DNA from: Phycisphaera mikurensis NBRC 102666
GTDB lineage: Bacteria; Planctomycetota; Phycisphaerae; Phycisphaerales; Phycisphaeraceae
DNA: 32,000 nt
Direction: 5' to 3'
Assembly: GCF_000284115.1 (NCBI RefSeq)
Contig: NC_017080.1
Coordinates: 2,340,001 to 2,372,000 of the forward strand
Part shown: positions 23,248-30,910 of the stretch, piece after piece
Position numbering within the stretch: the stretch's first letter is position 1
How the letters are laid out: each line of letters opens with the position of its first letter
The notes under the pieces: generated by a model
What the model saw: the letters and a program-made list of their open reading frames with translations, nothing else
The model's database searches: none
What the model was told of the DNA's origin: nothing
Made by a program: the position numbers and the translations under genes

Positions 23248-23871
23248 TCAGAAGGTGAACCGCAGCCCGATCTCGCCGGCGTGCGTGATCCCGTTGTCGA
23301 GGTCGAACTCGGCGTCGCCGGACTCCAGCGAGGCGTCGGCGGTGGTGAAGCCGCGGTAGCCGACCAGGAAGGTCAGGTTCCGCGTGAGCTCGACCGAGAC
23401 GCCGGCCATCGCCTGCCCGGCGGCGACCCAGTCGTCGTCGTCGCCCGCGGCGGTGTCGACGGCGACCCGGGCGATCCCGACGCCGACGCCGCCGTAGAGC
23501 CCCAGCCGGTCGCTGAGCCCGGGGACGGGGAAGTCGAAGAACAGGTTCGCCATGAAGGCCTCGGTGTCGAACTCGGCGTCGTCCTCGATGCGTGCCCCGC
23601 CGAAGTCGATGGCGTCGGAGTCGAAGCCGCGGGCCGACAGCTCTCCCTCCAGCCGGAGGTAGCCGAAGTCGTAGCCGGCGGAGAAGCCGCCGCCGAGGCC
23701 GGTGTCGTAGTCGAGGTCGCTGGCGAAGCCCTCGGCGTCGGTCTCGGCGTCCTCGGGCAGCTGAGCCCCGAGGAAGGCGCCGACGTAGAAGCCCGGCAGC
23801 GGCGCGGCGTGCGCGGCGGCGGGAGCGATGGACAGGAGGAGCACGGCGGGCAGGCGGCGGGTCGGCATCAT
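23248..23871 (-). CDS. Outer-membrane beta-barrel protein (OmpA-like/porin-family barrel)
   Basis: Signal peptide [22 protein letters not shown], beta-strand periodicity, and a C-terminal ...[10 protein letters not shown]. Confidence 0.85.
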   Translation of the reverse strand: MMPTRRLPAVLLLSIAPAAAHAAPLPGFYVGAFLGAQLPEDAETDAEGFASDLDYDTGLGGGFSAGYDFGYLRLEGELSARGFDSDAIDFGGARIEDDAEFDTEAFMANLFFDFPVPGLSDRLGLYGGVGVGIARVAVDTAAGDDDDWVAAGQAMAGVSVELTRNLTFLVGYRGFTTADASLESGDAEFDLDNGITHAGEIGLRFTF

Positions 23872-23891
23872 CGCGACGTTATCGGCCGCCG

Positions 23892-23937
23892 CCGCGGACC
23901 GCAGCGCAAATTCACCGACGGACTCCGCGGTCCGCGG
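23892..23937. repeat. 46-bp hairpin element copy 8 (terminator-like position after the 23947-25629 gene)
   Basis: Arms at 23892-23901 and 23928-23937, with a 26-nt spacer. It lies 10 nt downstream of the minus-strand stop. Confidence 0.85.
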
Positions 23938-23946
23938 ATCCGGGCT

Positions 23947-25629
23947 TCAGTCGTCGCCCAGGGAAGCCGCCGCCTCGTACAGCCCCACCTCGCGGAAGGC
24001 CGTCGCCGTGCCCAGCGCGTTGGCGTGCCGCTGCGTGTGGTGCATCCAGTCCGAGACCGCCGCCTGCAGCAGCCGCCGGGCGGCGTCGGCCGTCGCGGCG
24101 CCCGGCTTCTCGCGGTGACGCCGCCGCGCCACCAGCCCGGCGGTGAGGTGGTGAAAGCAGCGGAACAGCGACTCGGTGTAGATCAGCGTCCCGATGAGAG
24201 GCTTGAGCTTCCGGGCGTCGGCGGCGCCGCCGGCCGCGGCCGCGGCCTGCAGGCGCAGCCGCATGCGCGTCGCGGTGGCCGCGGCTTCGGCCTTGGCGGT
24301 GACCGCCTGGTCGAGCAGGTCCTCCGGCAAGCGGTCGATCAGGATCGCCAGCTTCGTGACGTCGACCACGTCGTCGCTCACCCAGCGGCTCGTCGCCGGG
24401 CGGCTGCCCGCCACGTTCCGCCGCGCCGCGTGCCCGGGCCGGAAGTAGAACGCTTGCCGCACCATCTCCGTGGAGTCGTCCAACGCCTCCGCCACCGCGG
24501 CCGCGGCCGCGGCGCCCAGCCCCAGCCGCTGCGAGGCCCACGCCTCCGCCAGGCCGGCGGAGGGCTCGGGCTCCCCCCGCAGCAGCCGCTCCATCATCGG
24601 CGGCACCGCCCAGGCGTTCGCGTCGATCCAGACGGGGTCCGACACGAAGGGCCCGCCCCACCCGCCGCCGCGGACCCAGCTCATCACGCCCGCGAGGTTC
24701 ACCCGATCGTTGACCGCTCTGAGCCCGCCCGCGGGCGCGACGCCCTCGACCTGCAGGGGCGGGGCCCCGGCGTCGCCCTCCGCCCAGGTGGGCGGCAACC
24801 ACGCCGGGATGCCGCCTTTGCCCTCGTACTCCCGCTGGCACTGCAGCTCGTAGAGCACCGGCCAACGCCCCACCGCGAGCGACGACGCGTTCCAGGCCCG
24901 GTCGCGGCGGAAGTCGCCCGCGGTGTGCTTGAAGGAGAGGATCAGCCCGCCGTCCTCCGGCGCCCCGGGCAGGCCCGCGGCGATCTCGGCCGCGACCGCG
25001 GGGTCCTCGTGCATCAGCCCGTCGCCGAGGTTCCAGGCCCGCAGGATCAGCTTCCGGCCCCGCTGGGTCACGACCGCCTCGTGGAAACCGCGGACCAGGT
25101 CCAGCACCCGCTGCACCGGCCCGAGCGGCTCGCAGCGCCCGCAGTTGGGCTGGTAGACGTTCGACCCCACCAGGTGCGGCAGCTTGTTGACGTCCGAGTC
25201 GCCCACGCGCAGCACCAGACCCGCCGCCGCCGGCCAGCGCTCCAGCACCTCCACGCCCGCCGCCACGCAGGCGGCGATCATCGCCGGGCGCGCCGGGCAG
25301 AGGACGTCGGTGCGGCGGCGGCAGGTGAAGCGGTCGGGCCGCGCCGCCACCTGCCAGCGGGGCAGCGCGGGCGCGTCCACGCACAGCCACAACGCCACGC
25401 CCGCCGCCTCCGCTTCCGCCGCCTTCGCGTCGACCTCCTCGAGCAGGTGCTCGGCCCAGCGGCGGGTGTCCTCATCGGGCGCCGCGGTCGGATCCGTCAG
25501 ACCCAGCAGCGGGATCGTCTCGAAGATGACCACCCCGTCGTAGCCGAGCTCCGCCGCCTCCGCCGGCCGCACCTCACCCCCCGCGGGGGCGGGCTCGGCG
25601 GGGTTGCGGACGTTGGTGGCGAGCAGCAT
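23947..25629 (-). CDS. Hypothetical protein, possibly a TIM-barrel glycoside hydrolase (distant alpha-glucuronidase-like motif)
   Basis: ATG at 25629 (MLLATNV...). The part of the track ORF upstream of it overlaps the plus-strand peptidase gene. The segment SFKHTAGDFRRDRAWN...LYELQCQREYEGKGG...LPPTWAE is reminiscent of the GH67-type KxGPxDFxxRE...ExQxxQEYxGQ...W.E region. This is weak, motif-level evidence only. Confidence 0.55.
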   Translation of the reverse strand: MLLATNVRNPAEPAPAGGEVRPAEAAELGYDGVVIFETIPLLGLTDPTAAPDEDTRRWAEHLLEEVDAKAAEAEAAGVALWLCVDAPALPRWQVAARPDRFTCRRRTDVLCPARPAMIAACVAAGVEVLERWPAAAGLVLRVGDSDVNKLPHLVGSNVYQPNCGRCEPLGPVQRVLDLVRGFHEAVVTQRGRKLILRAWNLGDGLMHEDPAVAAEIAAGLPGAPEDGGLILSFKHTAGDFRRDRAWNASSLAVGRWPVLYELQCQREYEGKGGIPAWLPPTWAEGDAGAPPLQVEGVAPAGGLRAVNDRVNLAGVMSWVRGGGWGGPFVSDPVWIDANAWAVPPMMERLLRGEPEPSAGLAEAWASQRLGLGAAAAAAVAEALDDSTEMVRQAFYFRPGHAARRNVAGSRPATSRWVSDDVVDVTKLAILIDRLPEDLLDQAVTAKAEAAATATRMRLRLQAAAAAGGAADARKLKPLIGTLIYTESLFRCFHHLTAGLVARRRHREKPGAATADAARRLLQAAVSDWMHHTQRHANALGTATAFREVGLYEAAASLGDD

Positions 25630-25725
25630 CGCGTCGTTTCTGCAGGCGTCCGCTCGCCATGAGCGCACTTCGAGGAGGCGCAGCCTATCCGCCGCGCAGC
25701 TCCCCGGCCGCGCTACCGTCCGTCC

Positions 25726-26148
25726 GTGCCCGCCACCGTCCACCCCCGCGAGCGTGACGTCTTCGACGGCCTCCTCGAGGAAGAGATCGAGGCCCTGCCG
25801 GCGCCCTGGACGGCGTGGCTGGAGGAGGTGGCGGTGATCGTCGAAGACCGCGTCCCGCCCGCCATCGCGGAGGACATGGGGCTGACCGCGGACGAGGCGG
25901 AGGGCTTGCTCGGGCTGCACACCGGGGTGCCGCTCACGGAGCGGAGCGTGGAGGATCCGGCGTCGCTGCCGCCGGAGGTCCGCCTCTTCCGCGCCGGCCT
26001 GCTCGCCCACGCCGGCTGGAGCCGCCGCCGCGACAGCCCCGCGACGCGGGCCCGCCTGGCCGAGCAGATCCGCGTCACGCTGCTGCACGAGCTGGGTCAC
26101 CACGCGGGGCTGGACGAGGACGACCTGGACGAGGCGGGGTACGGCTGA
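25726..26148 (+). CDS. Zincin-like metallopeptidase family protein (HExxH, DUF1025-like)
   Basis: GTG start. FDGLLEEEIEALP......L..VAVIVED.....LLGLHTGVPLTER......P..V.LF...L followed by TLLHELGHHAGLDEDDL. Confidence 0.8.
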   Translation: MPATVHPRERDVFDGLLEEEIEALPAPWTAWLEEVAVIVEDRVPPAIAEDMGLTADEAEGLLGLHTGVPLTERSVEDPASLPPEVRLFRAGLLAHAGWSRRRDSPATRARLAEQIRVTLLHELGHHAGLDEDDLDEAGYG

Positions 26149-26163
26149 GGGTGCCGGCTGCGC

Positions 26164-26400
26164 CGAGGAAGAGACGGGGTCAGCGGGGGGAAGAGACGAA
26201 GCGACGTTTGGAGGGGTGCCGCGGACCGGGGCTGCGTGGTTCGCGAAGGTCGGTGTCGCGGGGTCGGCCCGTGCGGGGTGAGAGACGAAGAGACGGAGTC
26301 AGCGGGAGGCGGGGGTGTCGGAAGCGGTCGGCGAAGCCGCCGCCCCTGCCTGTCTTCGTCTCTCCGTCTCTTCGTCTCTTCGTTTCTTCGTTTCTCCCCC
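26164..26400. repeat. Intergenic block of GA-rich 8-mer repeats forming a long inverted repeat (arms 26280-26298 / 26362-26380)
   Basis: There are two GA-rich copies: gaggaagagacggggtcagcgggg at ~26165 and gagagacgaagagacggagtcagcggg at ~26280. A CT-rich tract follows at 26346-26400 (cgtctctt cgtctctt cgtttctt cgtttctc). The arms match at 18 of 19 positions. Confidence 0.75.
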
Positions 26401-26416
26401 ATACCGTGCCCAGCCC

Positions 26417-27562
26417 GTGGAACCTTCCCCGCGCCCCCACTTCTTCGACCACACGCCCGACTCGCTCGGCGACGTCGTCGCGGGCTGGGGGATGCCGCGG
26501 TTCCGCGCGAAGCAGGTCTTCCACTGGGTGTACGGCCGCGGCGTTGTGGACCCGCTGGAGATGGGCAACCTCTCCGCCGCGGACCGCGGGCGCCTCAAGG
26601 AGAATCTGGCCTTCATCCGCGGCCGCGTGCTGCGGCGGCAGGACGCCAGCGACGGCACCCACAAGCTGCTCGTCGGCTGGGGCGCGGCCGCCGACGACCC
26701 GCTGGCGCTGGCGCCGGTCGCCGACAAAAACGGCTTCTTCGCCGACGCCACCGAGTGCGTGATGATCCCCGCCGGAGCGGGCCGTTCGGGCGGGGATGCG
26801 GGTCCGCGGGGTGCCGCTCGTCGCACCGCCTGCCTCTCCAGCCAGGTCGGCTGCCCGGTGGGCTGCTCCTTCTGCGCCTCGGGGCTCGGCGGCCTGGACG
26901 GGAACCTCACCGCCGGGCAGATCGTGCAGCAGGCCTGGATGCTCGACCGCGAGCTGAAGACGAGCGGGGATCCCGTCGGCCGGCTGACCAACGTCGTCTT
27001 CATGGGGATGGGCGAGCCGATGGCCAACCTCAAAGCGGTCGTCCCGGCCTTGCGGACGCTGACTGCCGCGTGGGGGATGAACCTCTCCGCCCGCAAGATC
27101 ACCGTCTCCACCGTCGGCGTCGTCCCGGGGATCCGCAGACTCGGCGAGCTGGACCTGCCGGTCACCCTGGCCCTCTCGCTGCACGCCCCCAACGACGAGC
27201 TCCGCCGCCAGATCATCCCCTGGGCCAGCTTCGTCACCATCGAGGAGCTGGTCGCCGCCTGCCGCGGCTACTTCGAGGCCACCGGCCGCGAGGTCACGCT
27301 GGAGTACATCCTCCTCGGCGGCTTCAACGACGGGCCGCAGCACGCCGCCGAGCTGGCGGCCGTCGCGAAGCGCCTGCGCAGCAACGTCAACCTCATCCGA
27401 TACAACGAGGTGAGGGGTCTGCCGCACCAGCGGCCGAGCAGCGAGAACGTCCACCGCTTCCAGAAGGTCCTCCGCGACCGCGGCGTGAACGCCCACCTGA
27501 GGGCCAGCCGCGGCCGCGACATCGCCGCCGCCTGCGGCCAGCTGCGCTACGCCGGCCCGTGA
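26417..27562 (+). CDS. rlmN: 23S rRNA/tRNA (adenine-C2)-methyltransferase RlmN (radical SAM)
   Basis: Motifs: GMPRFRAKQVFHWVY, CLSSQVGCPVGCSFCASG (CxxxCxxC), NVVFMGMGEPMAN, TVSTVG, LALSLHAPNDELR and NLIRYN. GTG at 26417 is the first start after the repeat block. The track start at 26315 lies inside the repeat. Confidence 0.92.
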   Translation: MEPSPRPHFFDHTPDSLGDVVAGWGMPRFRAKQVFHWVYGRGVVDPLEMGNLSAADRGRLKENLAFIRGRVLRRQDASDGTHKLLVGWGAAADDPLALAPVADKNGFFADATECVMIPAGAGRSGGDAGPRGAARRTACLSSQVGCPVGCSFCASGLGGLDGNLTAGQIVQQAWMLDRELKTSGDPVGRLTNVVFMGMGEPMANLKAVVPALRTLTAAWGMNLSARKITVSTVGVVPGIRRLGELDLPVTLALSLHAPNDELRRQIIPWASFVTIEELVAACRGYFEATGREVTLEYILLGGFNDGPQHAAELAAVAKRLRSNVNLIRYNEVRGLPHQRPSSENVHRFQKVLRDRGVNAHLRASRGRDIAAACGQLRYAGP

Positions 27563-27666
27563 ACGCGCAGCGTGCCCGGGCACGCCTCGCGGCCCCGGAA
27601 GACCCGGCACGCGGCGTGGACCGGGCACGCTGCGCCGGCTTGGAGCCGTGCTATCCTGTTCGCTCA

Positions 27667-27740
27667 GGCCGTTTAGCTCAGTTGGATAGAGCAGCTGTTT
27701 CCGGAACAGCAGGTCGGTGGTTCGAGCCCACCAACGGTCA
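27667..27740 (+). tRNA. tRNA-Arg (anticodon CCG)
   Basis: Manual cloverleaf: acceptor GGCCGTT/AACGGTC (one G-U pair); D arm GCTC-AGTTGGATA-GAGC; anticodon stem GCTGT/ACAGC with loop TTCCGGA; T arm GGTGG-TTCGAGC-CCACC; discriminator A. CCA is not encoded. Confidence 0.92.
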
Positions 27741-27890
27741 GTCGGGGAGAGATCCGGTGACAAGTGGCGACCCGCCCACCCCCGCGAGGGGCGAGCCGCC
27801 GGCCGCGTCAATCGCTCGGGCTGCACAACAGCTCCGTCCGTCGGGGCTCCGCTGCGCCGGGTCCCCGCATCCGGCCGATAGCCCCCGACC

Positions 27891-28646
27891 GTGCTCGCCG
27901 TCGACCAACTCGTGAAGGCCTTCCCGACCGGTGAGGGTCCGGACGTGCTCGCGGTGCAGGGGGTGAGCTTCTCCGTCGCGGCCGGGGAGTGCTACGGGCT
28001 GCTCGGGCCCAACGGGGCGGGGAAGACGACGCTCTTGCGGATGATCGCGACGCTGGTCACGCCGACGTCGGGGCACGCGGCGGTCGACGGTTTCCGCGGG
28101 GATGAGCGGCCGGAGCGGCTCCGCTCGCGGCTGGGCTTCATGAGCGGGAACACGCGGCTGTACCGGCGTCTCACCGGCCGGGAGCTGCTCGCGTACTTCG
28201 GGCGGCTGAACCGCATGAGCGAGCCGCGGATCCGGGAGCGGACGGCGGAGCTCTCGGCGGCGTTCGGCCTCGGCGAGTTCCTCGACCGCCGCTGCGGCGG
28301 GTACTCCACGGGGCAGGCGCAGCGGGTGAGCATCGCGCGGGTCATGCTGCACGAGCCACCGCTTCTGATCCTCGACGAGCCGACGCTGGGCCTGGACGTG
28401 ATGAGCGCCCGGGCGATGCTCGACTTCGTGGAGCGCGCACGCGACGCGGGCACCGCGATCGTGTTCTCGACGCACCACATGAGCGAAGCGGAGCAGCTCT
28501 GCACCCGCGTGGGCTTCCTCTACCGAGGCCGCCTGCTGGCCGAGGACACGCCGGCTCGGCTCTGCACCGCGGCGGGGACCTCGACGCTGCGCGACGCCTT
28601 CCTCGCGATGGCCGATGCGGCGGACGCCGACGAGGCGCCGGCATGA
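27891..28646 (+). CDS. ABC transporter ATP-binding protein (NatA-like)
   Basis: GTG start. Walker A GPNGAGKTT, Q-loop, signature YSTGQAQRVSIAR, Walker B LLILDEPT, and an H-loop in the STHHM region. Confidence 0.93.
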   Translation: MLAVDQLVKAFPTGEGPDVLAVQGVSFSVAAGECYGLLGPNGAGKTTLLRMIATLVTPTSGHAAVDGFRGDERPERLRSRLGFMSGNTRLYRRLTGRELLAYFGRLNRMSEPRIRERTAELSAAFGLGEFLDRRCGGYSTGQAQRVSIARVMLHEPPLLILDEPTLGLDVMSARAMLDFVERARDAGTAIVFSTHHMSEAEQLCTRVGFLYRGRLLAEDTPARLCTAAGTSTLRDAFLAMADAADADEAPA

Positions 28647-28658
28647 CTGGGGCACGCA

Positions 28659-28679
28659 GGGCAGGTCGGCGACCTGCCC
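28659..28679 (+). other. Intercistronic hairpin between ABC ATPase and permease genes
   Basis: GGGCAGGTC-GGC-GACCTGCCC: 9-bp perfect stem, 3-nt loop. Confidence 0.35.
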
Positions 28680-28703
28680 GACGCGGCGTTCCGTGAGACC
28701 CGA

Positions 28704-30761
28704 ATGAACCTCCACACCATCCTCACCATCGCCGCCAAGGAGCTGCGGGAGACGCTGCGCGACCGGCGGACGCTGATGGCGATGGTCGGCATCCCGCTCT
28801 TGCTCTACCCGGTGATCCTGCTGGCGGGCACGCAGGCGATCGTCTACCGGCAGGCGAAGACGGACGGGCAGGTCGCTCGCGTGGCCGTCGCCGAGGACCT
28901 CGACGGGCAGCTGGTCGAGCGGCTGCGGGCGGCCGAAGGCATCGAGCTGGAGGCGGAGACGGCGGGATCCGCGGACCGCGTGGCTTCGGGCGATCTGGAC
29001 GCGACGGTCCGCGGAACCGGCGAGGCCGACGGCACCGAGACACTGGAGCTGCTGTTCGACTCCACCGTCCCCCGGTCGGCGGCTGCGCAATCGCGGATCC
29101 GCGACGTGGTCGCGAACCTCGCAGATGAGCGGATTACCGAGCGGCTCGAGGAAGCCGGCCTCCCACCCGGAACGGCGCAGCCGTTCCGGGTGGAGACCCG
29201 CGACGCCGCCCCCGCCCGCAAGCGGGCCGGCAACCTGCTCGGCAACGCGCTGCCGATGCTGATGATCCTGATGCTCGGGCTCGGCGCGTTCTACCCCGCG
29301 GTCGACCTGACCGCCGGCGAGAAGGAACGCGGCACCTTCGAGACGCTGCTCTCCACACCCACGGCCAAGGGCGAGATCGTGTGGGGCAAGTTTCTGGCGG
29401 TCGTGGGGCTGTCGCTGGCGACGGGGCTGCTGAATCTCGGCTCGATGGCGGTGACGCTGTGGTTCCAGCTGGCGCAGCTGCAGGCGGCGGGAGCCGGCAA
29501 CGCCGGGGGCGGTCCGCTGGACCTCGCCTCGCTGACGATCTCGCCGCTGGACCTCGGCGTCATGCTGCTGATCCTGGTCCCGCTCGCGGTGTTCATCTCG
29601 GCGGCGATGATGTCGCTGGCGCTGCTCGCCCGGGAGTTCAAGGAGGCGAGCAACTACCTCTCGCCGTTCTTCCTCCTGATGGTGGCACCCGCGGCGCTGG
29701 TGGTCGCGGCGGGGGTGGAGCTGGACGGAGCCGTGGTCCTCGTGCCGATCGCCAACGCGACGCTGCTGTTCAAGAACCTCCTGATGAGCACGGCGACCTG
29801 GCCGCAGGTGCTGGGGACCTTCGTCTCGACGGCGGTCGCGGCGGTGGCGGCCCTGCGGCTGGCGGTGTTGGTGTTCGGCCGCGAGGACGTGGTGCTCGCC
29901 GGCGACGGCGGCCTGCCCGCGTCGCTGAAGCGGAGCAGCTGGCCGCGGCGGAGGGTGCCGACGGCCACGCTGTCGCTGGCCGCTTTCGCGGTCGGCCTGC
30001 TCGTCTACGTGAACCTCGGCTCGCTGCTGCAGGCTGAAGCGCTGCTGCCGGGGCTGATCGCGAGCCAGTGGATGATCCTGGTGCCGATCGCCGTCGGTGC
30101 GCTGTGGCTCTTCAAGGTGGACGTCGCGGCGAGCTTGAAGCTGCGGCTCCCGCGGCCCGGAGCGATCGCTGGAGCCGTGCTGATGGCGTGCGGCGGGCTG
30201 GTGCTTTCGCAGCAGCTGGCGTGGGTGCAATCCTTCGTCCTCGACGTGCCCGAGGCCTTCGCCGGCGGCACGGCGCCGATCGTCGAGCACCCCTCGCTGG
30301 CGCTTGTGCTCTTCGCCGTCGCCGTGTCGCCCGCCGTCTGCGAGGAGGTCTTCTTCCGCGGGACGCTGCTCGCCGGGCTCGAGGAGAAGCTGCGGCCGTG
30401 GGTCGCCATCGTGCTCGCCAGCCTGCTGTTCGGCCTCTTCCACCTCTACCTGCACCGCATCCTCATCACCGCCGCACTGGGCATCGCCATCACCTGGGTC
30501 GCCTGGCGGAGCCGGTCGATCTGGCCGGGGATGCTGTTCCACCTCATCAACAACGGCGTCGCCGTGCTGGCCGTGCGGGAGGTTCTGCCGCCGGGGCTGA
30601 TGGGCTGGCTGGAGCGGGTGGCTCCGGTCGAGAACGGCTACCCCTGGCCGGTCGTGGCGGCAGCGGCGGCCGTGTTCGCCGCCGGGGCCGCCGTCGTCGC
30701 GAGGCTTGGCCGACCCCGCGCTGCCTCCTCCCTCCCGGGTGCCACGCCCGCTCGGGCGTGA
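28704..30761 (+). CDS. Fusion protein: NatB-like ABC-2 permease (N-terminal ~400 aa) + CPBP-family intramembrane glutamic endopeptidase (C-terminal)
   Basis: The N-terminus has TM1, a large loop, and AGEKERGTFETLLSTP (the NatB/ABC2_membrane_3 hallmark). The C-terminus has the CPBP motifs EEVFFRG, FGLFH and HLINN. Confidence 0.88.
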   Translation: MNLHTILTIAAKELRETLRDRRTLMAMVGIPLLLYPVILLAGTQAIVYRQAKTDGQVARVAVAEDLDGQLVERLRAAEGIELEAETAGSADRVASGDLDATVRGTGEADGTETLELLFDSTVPRSAAAQSRIRDVVANLADERITERLEEAGLPPGTAQPFRVETRDAAPARKRAGNLLGNALPMLMILMLGLGAFYPAVDLTAGEKERGTFETLLSTPTAKGEIVWGKFLAVVGLSLATGLLNLGSMAVTLWFQLAQLQAAGAGNAGGGPLDLASLTISPLDLGVMLLILVPLAVFISAAMMSLALLAREFKEASNYLSPFFLLMVAPAALVVAAGVELDGAVVLVPIANATLLFKNLLMSTATWPQVLGTFVSTAVAAVAALRLAVLVFGREDVVLAGDGGLPASLKRSSWPRRRVPTATLSLAAFAVGLLVYVNLGSLLQAEALLPGLIASQWMILVPIAVGALWLFKVDVAASLKLRLPRPGAIAGAVLMACGGLVLSQQLAWVQSFVLDVPEAFAGGTAPIVEHPSLALVLFAVAVSPAVCEEVFFRGTLLAGLEEKLRPWVAIVLASLLFGLFHLYLHRILITAALGIAITWVAWRSRSIWPGMLFHLINNGVAVLAVREVLPPGLMGWLERVAPVENGYPWPVVAAAAAVFAAGAAVVARLGRPRAASSLPGATPARA
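28969..29014. repeat. 46-bp hairpin element copy 9 (in frame inside the ABC-2 permease loop)
   Basis: Arms at 28969-28978 and 29005-29014, with a 26-nt spacer. It translates as SADRVASGDLDATVRG. Confidence 0.85.
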
Positions 30762-30910
30762 GCACCGCCTCCGACGCTGGTTCCTCCACCTCCTGGAAGG
30801 CTCGACCTTCAGCTCGCCCGTGCAGCGCTTCGCTCTTCCACGACGAAGGCAGAAGACCGGCCAGAGAAGGCAGAGAGAAAAAAGCGTTTCCCTTCCGTCG
30901 GCCGAAGAGG

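Noticed and set aside
23281-25662. 793-aa plus-strand ORF, and other long frames at 23912-25390 and 24470-24853
   Set aside because: They lie antisense or off-frame to the OMP gene and the 23947-25629 gene. Composition is extremely biased and no motifs are present.
26315-26416. Longer rlmN start (GTG 26315) from the ORF track
   Set aside because: The extension would translate the CT-rich arm of the intergenic inverted repeat (LRLSVSSSLRFFVSPP). The conserved RlmN N-terminus begins after GTG 26417.
26576-26622. Possible tenth copy of the 46-bp hairpin element inside rlmN, and a half-copy at 26219-26228
   Set aside because: Only the left arm is perfect. The right arm matches at 7 of 10 positions with a 27-nt spacer in rlmN, or is badly degenerate at 26251. 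I mention them as possible decayed copies but do not count them.
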